In this document: positions 43,794-53,256 of the stretch, one piece after another
Position numbering within the stretch: the stretch's first letter is position 1
Layout of the letters: every line of letters begins with the position of its first letter
DNA from: Candidatus Liptonbacteria bacterium
GTDB lineage: Bacteria > Patescibacteriota > Minisyncoccia > UBA6257 > 2-01-FULL-56-20
Assembly: GCA_016867315.1 (NCBI GenBank)
Contig: VGJV01000001.1
Location: 130,649-194,648 of the forward strand
Direction: 5' to 3'
DNA: 64,000 bases
Position numbers and translations under genes: made by a program
Notes under the pieces: model-generated
Seen by the model: only the letters and a program-made list of their open reading frames with translations
Databases searched by the model: none
Told to the model about the DNA's origin: nothing

Positions 43794-45586
43794 TCCAATT
43801 GGATTTCTAAATCGTCGGAATACGAATCCGAATAAGAAGGGTCTGTCGCGGTTTCGGTGCGAAGAAACTCCGCGAGATTGGGCGGAATTTCGCCTATGAA
43901 TCGGGAAGGAATCCCGGAGAAAGAAATCGCCAGCTCGTGGCGCGCTCGCGTCATTCCTACATACATCAATCGGCGTTCTTCTTCAATCTCGTTTTCTGAT
44001 TCCATAGAGCGATTGTGAGGCAACATTCCTTCAGCGCAGCCAGCGAGAAAAACCTGGTCGAATTCTAGGCCTTTTGCAAGGTGAATGGTCGAGAGATGGA
44101 CCGGCATAGCGTTAAGCGTTAAGCTTTTAGCTTTAAGTTCCGCGTTCACGTCGTCGGTCGATTGCACGAGCGCAATATGTTCGAGAAAGGTTCCCAGATC
44201 ACTAAAGCTTTCTGCAAATCGAAGCAGCTCATTGATGTTTTCGCGCCGCTCCTCCGGATTCATCGTTTCTCGTTCAAGATAGTCGAAATACTCTGTAGTG
44301 GAGAGAAAGTTTTCGATTACTTCTCGAGGAGGTTTCCCCAGAGCTTCTTCGAGCACTGGAAGAAGGGCTTTCCAAACTCGGACGCGAAAAGCCTTTTCTA
44401 ACCGTTCGCGGCTCATTTCATCTTTGGGATTCATTGTGAGGCGGAGCGCTGCCACAATGTCTTTAATTTCGCGGCGGTCATAAAATTTTAAGCCTCCGTA
44501 AATTCGGTACGCAATGTTTTTCTTGAGTAGGGCTTGTTCGATTGCACGGGATTGCGCGTTCGTGCGGTAGAGAATCGCGGTACTTCCCTGCCTGTTTCCT
44601 TTAGAGAGCTTCCCTTCCAAAATTTGTGCGGCGATCCATTCTGCTTCATCCTCTTCATTTAACGTTTCCGTAATCGTGATTACCTCGCCGTCTGGGTTGC
44701 GCGTCCAGAGATTTTTTTCCCGAGCTACTATATTGTTCGCGATCACCGCTGAGGCTGCGTGTACGATCGTGCCCGACGAGCGATAGTTTTCCTCAAGGAG
44801 TACCACTTGCGCGTTCGGCCAATCCCGCTCGAACTGGAGAAACGTTTCTATGTTGGCATACCTCCATCCATAGATCATTTGAGCATCGTCTCCCACGACA
44901 CTCACATTTTTGTTAGGCCCAGAGAGAAGTCGGATTAAGGTATATTGCGCAGGACTCACATCTTGATATTCATCTACCAGGATATACTGGTATTTTTCCT
45001 GATACTTCGCGAGAATGGCGGGACGATTTTCGAAAAGCCAAACTACTTTCGCAATAAGATCGTCAAAATCGAACGCGTTATTTCGAGTGAGCGCCATTTC
45101 ATATCGCTCAAACACTCTTTGTTCTTCGCGGTGACGAAGCGAGAGGGTTTCTTTTCCGGCGCCGCTCTTTATATAGGAGATGAATTGAAGGAAGCGCGGA
45201 GGTTTGCCGCCCTTAATATCCAACTCCTTTAGCACTTTTTTTATTACGGAAAGGCTGTCGTGATCATCAAAAATAGTGAAGTGTGAGGTACGGCCTAGCT
45301 CCTTAGCTTCTTTTCTTAAGATATTTGCCCCGAGGGAATGAAAGGTGCCGATGAAGCCTCCAGATTTGGGATTGTAGTGCACTCGTTCCGCCATTTCTTT
45401 AGCGGCTTTATTTGTAAAGGTAACCGCGCATATAGTGTGGGCAGGCGCTCCGTGTTCAATAAGGTGCATAAGCCTGCTCGTAAGGGTTCGGGTTTTGCCT
45501 GTGCCTGCTCCTGCCACAATCAAAAGGGGCGTGTTTTCGGCTTTCACGGCACGTTGCTGTTGGGGATTTAAAGTGGAAAAGTCCAT
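43790..45586 (-). CDS. pcrA: UvrD/PcrA-family ATP-dependent DNA helicase (short form) with one in-frame 10-codon insertion
   Basis: Walker A AGAGTGKTRTL and motifs …VDEYQD…, …TIHLAKGLEF…; the insertion is the heptamer element at 44108. Confidence 0.85.
   Translation of the reverse strand: MDFSTLNPQQQRAVKAENTPLLIVAGAGTGKTRTLTSRLMHLIEHGAPAHTICAVTFTNKAAKEMAERVHYNPKSGGFIGTFHSLGANILRKEAKELGRTSHFTIFDDHDSLSVIKKVLKELDIKGGKPPRFLQFISYIKSGAGKETLSLRHREEQRVFERYEMALTRNNAFDFDDLIAKVVWLFENRPAILAKYQEKYQYILVDEYQDVSPAQYTLIRLLSGPNKNVSVVGDDAQMIYGWRYANIETFLQFERDWPNAQVVLLEENYRSSGTIVHAASAVIANNIVAREKNLWTRNPDGEVITITETLNEEDEAEWIAAQILEGKLSKGNRQGSTAILYRTNAQSRAIEQALLKKNIAYRIYGGLKFYDRREIKDIVAALRLTMNPKDEMSRERLEKAFRVRVWKALLPVLEEALGKPPREVIENFLSTTEYFDYLERETMNPEERRENINELLRFAESFSDLGTFLEHIALVQSTDDVNAELKAKSLTLNAMPVHLSTIHLAKGLEFDQVFLAGCAEGMLPHNRSMESENEIEEERRLMYVGMTRARHELAISFSGIPSRFIGEIPPNLAEFLRTETATDPSYSDSYSDDLEIQLD
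44108..44137 (+). repeat. 30-bp heptamer element, copy 6 (AGCGTTA AGCGTTA AGCTTTT AGCTTTA AG), in-frame inside pcrA (encodes LKAKSLTLNA)
   Basis: 29/30 identical to copy 3. Confidence 0.7.
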
Positions 45587-45803
45587 AAAAGTGCCTATAT
45601 TATGAAGAGTTTTTCATATTGCGGCGAGAGGGCCGCTCCAGTATACTATAGGCCAGAGCCTATCCGAAAACCCCCTCCGGCCGCGATACGAGCAAATTTC
45701 TCGGAATTCCAAGGCTTACTGACGATGGCGTACTCGGAGAGTACGGCGAGGAGGTGTAACGCAGGAATTCAGAAAATTTGCTGTATCCCCAAGGGTTGCG
45801 GAC

Positions 45804-45891
45804 AATTCATTTTCCTGCTGTGTTACTCCTCGGAGCTGTACTATCGTACTAATCTCCTCGTCGTGCCTTGCAGGAAAATGAATTTTCCTGC
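45804..45891 (+). promoter_or_regulatory. dyad-symmetry element overlapping the start codon of the LysM-M23 peptidase gene
   Basis: The perfect 9-4-9 palindrome GCAGGAAAA-TGAA-TTTTCCTGC (45870-45891) encloses the ATG at 45878. An upstream 15-nt segment AATTCATTTTCCTGC (45804-45818) is perfectly complementary to 45870-45884. Confidence 0.35.
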
Positions 45892-46951
45892 AACGCGGGC
45901 GCGGAGCGGGTTTACGGATAGGCTCTTATCGAAAATGGGAGCTATTTTACCGCTTAAGGAGGGAGGAAAGAGGCCATTACTTGTGGCGTTTTTTTTGCTT
46001 GGGGGATTACTTCTTGTAGGCCTTTTTACATCTTTGGTCCAGCCGGTTCGAGGAGGGGAAAAGGGTATATGGGGAGGCCCTGTTACGGAGCCAAACAATC
46101 GCAATCTTCTTGCGTGGCTCGAAAGTCAGCCTCGGATAGGATCCTCGAACTCCCATGAGGCGAGAGTAGATTCAAAAGTTTCTTTCCTCGTCGCCACTCT
46201 GGATGCTTTTGGGGAGACTCCAGGATTTGCTCCTCGCACGGAATTTACTACATATAAAGTGATGCGAGGAGACACTCCGGGGAAGATTGCGGCGAAATTT
46301 GGAATTTCGCTCGATACTTTGCTCAAAGCAAATGCCGATATGAAAGCGAAAAGTCTGCGGATCGGAATGCTGCTTCAAGTGCCCCCCGTGTCGGGGACGG
46401 TTTACACCATTAAGGAGAAAGACACGATTGAGTCTATTTCGGAACTTTTTGCGGTGAGTTCAAAGGATATTGGCGCAGCCAATCCTTCCGTGAATGCTGC
46501 GCAGCTAACTCCGGGTATGAGGCTTATTATTCCGGGTACTACTAAGCGAGTGGCAGATTCCGGGAATCCCCTACCGGTGCTCAAGGGGTATTTCACCATG
46601 CCCGCGAGTGGATTTAATTGGGGGAAATTACATCCGGAAAATGCAGTGGATATTGCCGGAGTTTGCGGGACTCCCGTGGTTGCTGCGGCAGAGGGACTGG
46701 TTATCCCTGATGAAAAACATGGGAATAGCACGGATGGATGGAATGGGGGTTATGGTAATTTTGTGTTGCTTGAGCATCCGGCCGGAGCGAACGTACGGAC
46801 GCGATACGCTCATCTGCGGTCGGTGTCTGTAGAAGTGGGAGACTATGTGCGCCAAGGACAGGATATTGGAACGATGGGTGATACCGGAGATGCTTCAGGG
46901 TGCCACGTGCATTTCGAGGTGCACGGAGTAGCGAATCCTTTTGTTAAGTAG
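45878..46951 (+). CDS. LysM-domain (x2) M23-family metallopeptidase (peptidoglycan endopeptidase), membrane-anchored
   Basis: LysM segments YKVMRGDTPGKIAAKFGISLDTLLKAN and YTIKEKDTIESISELF; M23 motifs HxxxD (…HPAGANVRTRYAHL…) and GDTGDASGCHVHFEV. The upstream track extension from 45602 is Cys-rich and non-protein-like, so the start is taken at 45878 (45935 is an alternative). Confidence 0.7.
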   Translation: MNFPATRARSGFTDRLLSKMGAILPLKEGGKRPLLVAFFLLGGLLLVGLFTSLVQPVRGGEKGIWGGPVTEPNNRNLLAWLESQPRIGSSNSHEARVDSKVSFLVATLDAFGETPGFAPRTEFTTYKVMRGDTPGKIAAKFGISLDTLLKANADMKAKSLRIGMLLQVPPVSGTVYTIKEKDTIESISELFAVSSKDIGAANPSVNAAQLTPGMRLIIPGTTKRVADSGNPLPVLKGYFTMPASGFNWGKLHPENAVDIAGVCGTPVVAAAEGLVIPDEKHGNSTDGWNGGYGNFVLLEHPAGANVRTRYAHLRSVSVEVGDYVRQGQDIGTMGDTGDASGCHVHFEVHGVANPFVK

Positions 46952-46959
46952 ACTTGGAT

Positions 46960-46983
46960 AACCGCGAAAGCGGTTTTTTATTT
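46960..46983. terminator. bidirectional intrinsic terminator aaccgc-gaaa-gcggtt plus T-tract between convergent genes
   Basis: Read directly. Confidence 0.55.
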
Positions 46984-48509
46984 CAGGCTTCTTCTCTTAT
47001 CCGGTAGCTCCAGGCTTCCGCCACGTGTTCCGCTCCTACGGATTCCTGCGATTCAAGATCCGCGATTGTCCGAGCGGTTTTCAAAAGTCTGAAATAGCTT
47101 CGAGGAGAAAGATTTGTCTTTGTTATTTTTTCGAGGAATGTTTCGGCGGCGGGTTGCAAATGAATGAGGTTTTCGGTTTGGCGCGAATTCATTTCCGCGT
47201 TGGTGCTAATGGATAGATTTTTGAAACGGGATTCCTGCAGCGCGCGGGCAGCCGCAATTGTTTCTATGATTGTTTTACTTGAGATAGCAGAAGAGCTGCG
47301 AGTCCGGAGTTCTTCAATGGGGACCCTCGGAACAGATACGTGCAGATCGATCCGGTCCACAATGGGTCCGGAGATCTTTTTTTGATAGCGTATAACTTCG
47401 AACGCGGCGCATTTACAATCTTTTTCTTGATCGCCGTAGTACCCGCACGGGCACGGATTCATGGCAGCGACGAGAGTAAAACGCGCAGGGAACGAAAGTG
47501 TCCCGCGGGCTCGAGCAACGCGTACCGCGCCCATTTCCATGGGCGCGCGGAGCGACTCCACAATATGCCGCTGGAATTCCGGAAATTCATCGAGAAAAAG
47601 TATTCCTCGATGCGCCAAACTGATTTCGCCCGGTTTTGGATCCGATCCTCCCCCGACGATCGCGGGCAGCGTGGCGGTTTGATGCGGGGCTCGGAAGGGG
47701 CGACTCGCAAGTAATCCTCCCACTGGAATTCCTGCGGCGCTCCACACTTTTGTAACTTCGATGGACTCATCCAAATTCATTGGCGGAAGAATTCCCACCA
47801 TGGCGTGAGCGAGGAGGCTCTTCCCTACTCCGGGAGGACCGCTCATCAGAAGATTGTGTCCGCCGGCGGCAGCGATCATCAATGCGCGTTTCGCATTTTC
47901 TTGTCCTTTGATATCAGCAAAGTCCGGGGCATTTGATGTGAGCGGTCTCGGAGGTTCATATGTGTGAGGAACGAGCGGACGGCGCGTTTCTATAATTTCT
48001 ATCGCTTCCAATAAGTTTTCGACCGACACTACTTTTACCTTCTTCACTACGGCGGCTTCATTCGCATTTTCTTTGGGGAGAAATAAAAATTGGAATCCCC
48101 TCTCTGCGGCCATGTGCGCAATATTCAAGGCTCCATGTATTGGGCGAAGTCGGCCATCGAGCGCAAGTTCACCCATAAAAATTTTGTCGTGAGTTTCAAA
48201 CTTTTTTATTTGATGTGTGGCAAGGAGATACCCAATGGCGATTGCAAGATCATATTGTGCTCCAGCTTTTTTCACATCGGCGGGAGCGAGATTCACGGTA
48301 ATTTTTCGATTCTCCCTATTAGGAGGTTTTACTCCAGAATTTTTTAGAGAAGAATTCACTCGTTCGCGAGCTTCGTTCAATGCTTTGTCAGCGAGTCCTA
48401 CTATATTAAACGCATGGAGGCCGACATTTAAGTCGACCTCCACCTCAATCAGCTTCGCGTGTATGCCTTCGAGTTCTGCAGAATGCACTCGCGCCAAATG
48501 TTCGCGCAT
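46983..48509 (-). CDS. yifB: YifB/ComM-family Mg-chelatase-like AAA+ ATPase
   Basis: N-terminal Lon-like ChlI domain and Walker A LMSGPPGVGKSLLA; roughly 508 aa. Confidence 0.8.
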   Translation of the reverse strand: MREHLARVHSAELEGIHAKLIEVEVDLNVGLHAFNIVGLADKALNEARERVNSSLKNSGVKPPNRENRKITVNLAPADVKKAGAQYDLAIAIGYLLATHQIKKFETHDKIFMGELALDGRLRPIHGALNIAHMAAERGFQFLFLPKENANEAAVVKKVKVVSVENLLEAIEIIETRRPLVPHTYEPPRPLTSNAPDFADIKGQENAKRALMIAAAGGHNLLMSGPPGVGKSLLAHAMVGILPPMNLDESIEVTKVWSAAGIPVGGLLASRPFRAPHQTATLPAIVGGGSDPKPGEISLAHRGILFLDEFPEFQRHIVESLRAPMEMGAVRVARARGTLSFPARFTLVAAMNPCPCGYYGDQEKDCKCAAFEVIRYQKKISGPIVDRIDLHVSVPRVPIEELRTRSSSAISSKTIIETIAAARALQESRFKNLSISTNAEMNSRQTENLIHLQPAAETFLEKITKTNLSPRSYFRLLKTARTIADLESQESVGAEHVAEAWSYRIREEA

Positions 48510-48527
48510 GAGAACTTTGTTCTCGTT

Positions 48528-48878
48528 CTAAGAAATTTGTTTGCACGCCCGACACATCGCAGATTCGGGAGCCGTGGCGAGCACTTCTGTTTCTATAGTT
48601 TTACCGCAGCGCTCACAAATACCATAGGTGCCCCGCTGGATTTTTTCGAGCGCAGTTTCAATCTCGGTCAAATCTTCCCGGAGTCCTTGTGCGATCGCGA
48701 GGCGATTCCCCTGTTCCTCGGCTTCATCCGTTTCTTCATCTCCAGAATCTACATCATTACCCATGATTTCGGGCGTGGAGTGAGAAGCGATTTGCTCTAA
48801 GAGATTCGCCTTTTGCTTTTCTAACTCCGTCTTATATTGAGAAAGGTTCTTTGAGTCCATGGGATAAGCATACCACAT
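48528..48878 (-). CDS. DksA/TraR-family C4-type zinc-finger protein
   Basis: C-terminal CERCGKTIETEVL…CRAC four-Cys finger after a coiled-coil. Confidence 0.7.
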   Translation of the reverse strand: MWYAYPMDSKNLSQYKTELEKQKANLLEQIASHSTPEIMGNDVDSGDEETDEAEEQGNRLAIAQGLREDLTEIETALEKIQRGTYGICERCGKTIETEVLATAPESAMCRACKQIS

Positions 48879-49512
48879 TCAAAAGTTTAATGACCTTGTA
48901 TTTTAGCCTGATGCTGTATTTTGATAAACAATTTTGTTTGTCTCCCATATAAATTCTTGATAAATAACTGACAAACACCTTTTTTATTAGATTTCCTGGT
49001 TTTTAAGACTTCCTGGCCTTGTAAAGCGACAAACAATTTAAATTTTATCCAAATTGTCGTAGAAGCCTGATTTATGAAGCTTATGTATAAACTTAAATTT
49101 TTCAGGAACCTCAGGGTCGATTCCTATCTGTTCTAACCAACTTTCAAACTGTCTGCCTTTATTTCCGATTAACTTATTGTAGAAAAGCGGGACTATTATG
49201 TTCTTTAATGGTCCAAATTCCCTCACTATAAGAATTGCTATTGGGCCTCTTTTTGATCCATCCCTTCCTTGGTAATGATATGTATATATTTTGTTTTTTA
49301 GGCCTAATGAATCCCTTACCGATTTTAATAGTTCCTGGTCCCTCATATGCATCCTAATTGCAAAGGCTGGTATTTTCTTCCCATTCGATTTGGAAAATGT
49401 AAAGCATCCTTCTCCCTCTACTAACCCTCTTATATATTCTGGTGAGATGCTCATGTTTCGCGTTTTACATCTTAATTTTACATTATTTGTTTACCCGTTA
49501 TACACTGCTTTT
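48879..49512. mobile_element. AT-rich insertion carrying a free-standing LAGLIDADG homing-endonuclease gene
   Basis: Local base composition drops sharply relative to the flanks; the non-coding flanks are 159 bp and 58 bp; the only gene is a single-motif LAGLIDADG ORF. Confidence 0.35.
49038..49454 (-). CDS. LAGLIDADG-family homing endonuclease (single-motif, 138 aa)
   Basis: YIRGLVEGEGCFTF is a LAGLIDADG motif variant, followed by the typical beta-sheet/helix spacing. Confidence 0.6.
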   Translation of the reverse strand: MSISPEYIRGLVEGEGCFTFSKSNGKKIPAFAIRMHMRDQELLKSVRDSLGLKNKIYTYHYQGRDGSKRGPIAILIVREFGPLKNIIVPLFYNKLIGNKGRQFESWLEQIGIDPEVPEKFKFIHKLHKSGFYDNLDKI

Positions 49513-49881
49513 ATGAGCAGTAAGCTGGGAGTTTTTGGAGAAGATATTGCTTGCCAGTTCCTCCTTGAAAAGAGGTATAGAATTTTAAGCAGGAATTTTC
49601 GTAGGCCTTGGGGAGAAATTGATATTATTGCGCGCCACCCTTCCGGCATTTTGATATTTGTAGAGGTGAAAACAATTCGGCAAGGAAGTCTTTTGCCGGA
49701 AGACCATCTTACAGTGGCAAAGTTAGGTCGGTTAAGTAGGACTAGTGAACTTCTTGCGAATGGGGAATATGAGAAAGAATCTAAGAAGGGGTGGCAGATA
49801 GACTTGGTCGCTATTGCGCTAGGGGATGATAATGTGGTGACGCGAATTACTCATTATGAGAATATTGCCGGATTGACGTAG
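49513..49881 (+). CDS. yraN: YraN-family (UPF0102) predicted endonuclease
   Basis: GEDIACQFLLEKRYRILSRNFR…GEIDIIA…ILIFVEVKT matches the YraN pattern. Start taken at the ATG at 49513. Confidence 0.6.
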   Translation: MSSKLGVFGEDIACQFLLEKRYRILSRNFRRPWGEIDIIARHPSGILIFVEVKTIRQGSLLPEDHLTVAKLGRLSRTSELLANGEYEKESKKGWQIDLVAIALGDDNVVTRITHYENIAGLT

Positions 49882-49960
49882 GGCCTTTACGGGAGTACAG
49901 TATAAATAGTTGAGATTCCGCGTCGGCGGAATTTTTAGATTAAGGAGGCACAAAAAATTA

Positions 49961-51166
49961 ATGCTCAATATAAAAGATATTTCTCGAGCTTTGAAGCAGG
50001 TGGCCGAGGAAAAAGGTTTGCAGCCGGAGCGCGTGCTGGAGGCGATCGAATCTTCTATCGCGGCGGCTTATAAAAAAGAATATGGAACTCGAGGCGAAGT
50101 AATCAAAGCCAAGTTGGATGGAAAAACGGGCGAGCTTCGATTTTGGCAGGCAAAGACTATCGTGGATGAATCGATGGTCCGTGTGGTAGAGGAGAGAGAA
50201 GAAGAAAAAATTCCTGAGACTGCGGCAGAGGGGGAAACCGCACTTCCTCGCTACAACTCTGATCGGCATGTCTGGCTTGCCGAAGCGAAAAAAGTAAAAC
50301 CCAATGCCAGCGTGGGGGAAGAACTTTTGTTTCCTCTCGAGACGCATGAAGATTTTAGCCGTATTGCGGCGCAGACTGCCAAGCAAATTATTTTGCAAAA
50401 ACTTCGCGAGTCTGAACGCGATTCCATTCTTTCCGAATGGCGCGATAAAGAAGGACAGATTGTGAGCGGGATTGTGCAACGGTTTGAGCGTGGACACGTG
50501 TATGTGGATTTGGGTCGCACTGTGGGGGTAATGTTTGCAAATGAATCTATCCCGGGGGAGCACTATCGGTCCGGTGAGCGACTTCGATTTTTGGTACTCG
50601 CGGTGCAAGAAGATACGCGATTGCCCGGGATTGTACTTTCTCGATCGCATCCTAAGTTTGTAGCTAAACTTTTTGAAATGGAGGTGCCCGAATTAGCGGA
50701 GGGAGTGGTAGAAGTTAAGGCTATTGCGCGAGAAGCGGGAAATCGTACTAAGATCGCGGTAGCTTCAAAAGCAGAAGGAGTGGATCCTGTGGGAGCACTC
50801 GTAGGACAACGCGGAACGCGCGTCATGGCAGTAGCAAATGAGTTGGGACCAGAAAAAGTAGACATCATTGAATGGTCTGAGGACCCCGCCGCGTTTGTGG
50901 GGAATGCTTTGTCGCCGGCGAAGGCGGAGCATGTGGAAGTCTTGCCCCGGCGAGAAGCGCGCGTGTATGTGCCCGAAGATCAATTGAGCCTCGCGATTGG
51001 AAAAGGAGGACAGAATGTGCGTCTGGCTGCGAAACTTACTGGATGGAAATTAGATGTACGGTCGCAGACAAGACCCGAGGAGGCTCAAGAAGGTGGAGTG
51101 GCAGGCACCACTGATTTTGGAGAAGAAAATAGAGAAGAGAAGTCGTCGGAAGAGACAAAGGAATAA
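49961..51166 (+). CDS. nusA: transcription termination/antitermination factor NusA
   Basis: N-terminal domain plus S1 plus two KH domains (GxxG …IGKGGQNVRLA…); RBS TAAGGAGG at 49941-48. Start is internal to track ORF 49910. Confidence 0.85.
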   Translation: MLNIKDISRALKQVAEEKGLQPERVLEAIESSIAAAYKKEYGTRGEVIKAKLDGKTGELRFWQAKTIVDESMVRVVEEREEEKIPETAAEGETALPRYNSDRHVWLAEAKKVKPNASVGEELLFPLETHEDFSRIAAQTAKQIILQKLRESERDSILSEWRDKEGQIVSGIVQRFERGHVYVDLGRTVGVMFANESIPGEHYRSGERLRFLVLAVQEDTRLPGIVLSRSHPKFVAKLFEMEVPELAEGVVEVKAIAREAGNRTKIAVASKAEGVDPVGALVGQRGTRVMAVANELGPEKVDIIEWSEDPAAFVGNALSPAKAEHVEVLPRREARVYVPEDQLSLAIGKGGQNVRLAAKLTGWKLDVRSQTRPEEAQEGGVAGTTDFGEENREEKSSEETKE

Positions 51167-51207
51167 ATAATTAAAGGCCAAGGTCGTTTATATAACGAAT
51201 TACTATT

Positions 51208-53208
51208 ATGTCTTCAGTGGCATTTGCAGTGGTGGCGGGAGTGATTTCAATCCTCGCCGCCGGGTGGTTGGGAAGGAGAATTGCGGTGCGTCCGGGAGGG
51301 GATGCGCGCATGGAAGAGATTGCGGGGGCAGTGCGAACGGGCGCGAACGCCTATTTGAATAGGCAATACAAAACGATAGGAATGGTGGCGGTCGTGATCG
51401 CCGTACTCATTGGTATTTTCGTGAACGTCACGACGATGTTGGGGTTCATTGTGGGAGCAGTAGCGTCTGGGATCGCGGGCTATGTGGGAATGCATGTCTC
51501 AGTGCGTGCCAATGTAAAAACTGCGGAAGCGGCGAAGAAGGGGCTCAAAGAAGCGCTTACGGTGGCAGTAGAAGGAGGAGCGGTTACAGGCTTTCTCGTA
51601 GTCGGTCTCGCGTTACTTTCAGTCGCAGTATTTTATGCACTCACTCGGAATGTGGAAGCGCTCATAGGACTGGGATTCGGAGGGAGTTTGATCTCCGTGT
51701 TCGCTCGGCTAGGAGGAGGTATTTTCACCAAGGGGGCGGATGTGGGAGCGGATCTGGTAGGGAAGGTGGAGGCTGGAATTCCAGAAGATGATCCTCGAAA
51801 CCCCGCAGTGATCGCAGATAATGTGGGAGACAACGTGGGAGACTGCGCCGGCATGGCGGCGGATCTTTTCGAAACGTATGCGGTGACCGCGATTGCGGCG
51901 ATGCTCTTAGGCGCGCTCACGTTTCCGAATACTCCCGTTGCGATTGCATTGCCTCTTATTATGGGCGGAATCGCGGCGATCGCATCTGTTTTGGGGCTTT
52001 TCTTTGTGAGGTTGGGAAAATCAAATTCCATAATGGGCGCTCTTTATAAAGGACTTGCGGCGTCCAGCTTGCTTTCGCTTTTAGGATTTGGATTCTTGGC
52101 GAGCTGGTATGATGGAGTGCTTCGGGTGGGGAGTGTGACGCTCAACACCTCGGCGCTATTCATCCCCATGCTTGTGGGAATTGCAGTGACTGCGCTTCTC
52201 GTGCTTATTACGGAGTACTATACTTCGAAAAAATTCAGACCCGTCCGCGCGATTGCGGAAGCTTCGGAAACCGGGCACGGAACTAATATCATTGCGGGAC
52301 TTTCGGTGGGGATGGAAGCCACTGCTTTGCCGGTGCTTGTGATCGTAGGGGGAGTGTTGCTGTCTTTCTATGCTGCAGGCCTCTATGGAGTAGCACTTGC
52401 GGTGATGAGCATGCTTTCGATGACGGGAATTATCGTCGCAATCGATGCGTTCGGTCCTATCACTGACAATGCCGGAGGAATTGCCGAGATGGCGGGATTG
52501 CCCGACTCGGTGCGGGAAGTGACTGATGCGCTCGATTCGGTAGGAAATACCACGAAGGCGGTGACCAAAGGATACGCGATCGGTTCGGCGGGACTCGCGG
52601 CGGTGGTACTCTTTGCTTCTTACGTGCATGATCTCGCGGCGAAGCACGCGGCGCAAACGTTTGATCTTACGGATCCGCAGGTGATCGCAGGGCTCCTTAT
52701 TGGAGGACTCATTCCATATCTCTTCGCCTCGATTTCAATGCGGGCGGTAGGGAAGGCGGCAGGCAGTGTGGTGGTGGAGGTGCGGCGCCAATTCAAAGAA
52801 ATCCCCGGACTTATGCAGGGGACTGCAAAACCTGATTATGCAAAGTGCGTAGACATTGTGACTCAGGCTGCGATTAAGGAAATGGTGGTGCCGGCTCTTC
52901 TGCCCGTTGCGATTCCTATACTTGTCGCGTGGTTCATGGGATCCCGGGCGCTGGGCGGATTACTTTTGGGATCGATCATTACCGGAATTTTCGTGGCGCT
53001 TGCGATGACTTCCGGAGGGGCAGCGTGGGACAATGCAAAGAAATATATAGAGGAGGGAAATTTCGGAGGGAAAGGTTCCAATGCGCATAAGGCGGCAGTA
53101 ACGGGGGACACGGTGGGAGATCCTTATAAAGATACGGCTGGACCGGCCATCAATCCTGTGATCAAGATCATCAACATTATTGCGTTGCTTTTGGTGCCGT
53201 TTCTCTAA
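51208..53208 (+). CDS. hppA: membrane-bound proton/sodium-translocating pyrophosphatase
   Basis: 16-TM protein with GGG…[21 protein letters not shown] and the C-terminal motifs of H+-PPases. Confidence 0.85.
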   Translation: MSSVAFAVVAGVISILAAGWLGRRIAVRPGGDARMEEIAGAVRTGANAYLNRQYKTIGMVAVVIAVLIGIFVNVTTMLGFIVGAVASGIAGYVGMHVSVRANVKTAEAAKKGLKEALTVAVEGGAVTGFLVVGLALLSVAVFYALTRNVEALIGLGFGGSLISVFARLGGGIFTKGADVGADLVGKVEAGIPEDDPRNPAVIADNVGDNVGDCAGMAADLFETYAVTAIAAMLLGALTFPNTPVAIALPLIMGGIAAIASVLGLFFVRLGKSNSIMGALYKGLAASSLLSLLGFGFLASWYDGVLRVGSVTLNTSALFIPMLVGIAVTALLVLITEYYTSKKFRPVRAIAEASETGHGTNIIAGLSVGMEATALPVLVIVGGVLLSFYAAGLYGVALAVMSMLSMTGIIVAIDAFGPITDNAGGIAEMAGLPDSVREVTDALDSVGNTTKAVTKGYAIGSAGLAAVVLFASYVHDLAAKHAAQTFDLTDPQVIAGLLIGGLIPYLFASISMRAVGKAAGSVVVEVRRQFKEIPGLMQGTAKPDYAKCVDIVTQAAIKEMVVPALLPVAIPILVAWFMGSRALGGLLLGSIITGIFVALAMTSGGAAWDNAKKYIEEGNFGGKGSNAHKAAVTGDTVGDPYKDTAGPAINPVIKIINIIALLLVPFL

Positions 53209-53256
53209 ACTTCACACATTCTTCCGTTTCTTTCCCCAATTCTCTATACTAAACAC

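Noticed and set aside
33838-44137. Possibility that the heptamer repeats are a CRISPR array
   Set aside because: Units are 7 bp in tandem with no spacers. Copies are dispersed singly (30 bp each) and three are in-frame inside genes. No cas genes are present.
45602-45877. N-terminal 92-aa extension of the M23 peptidase ORF in the track
   Set aside because: The translation is Cys-rich and non-protein-like (…CCIPKGCGQFIFLLCYSSELYYRT…). The region contains promoter-like and dyad regulatory elements. A sensible type-II-membrane-anchor N-terminus begins at the ATG at 45878.
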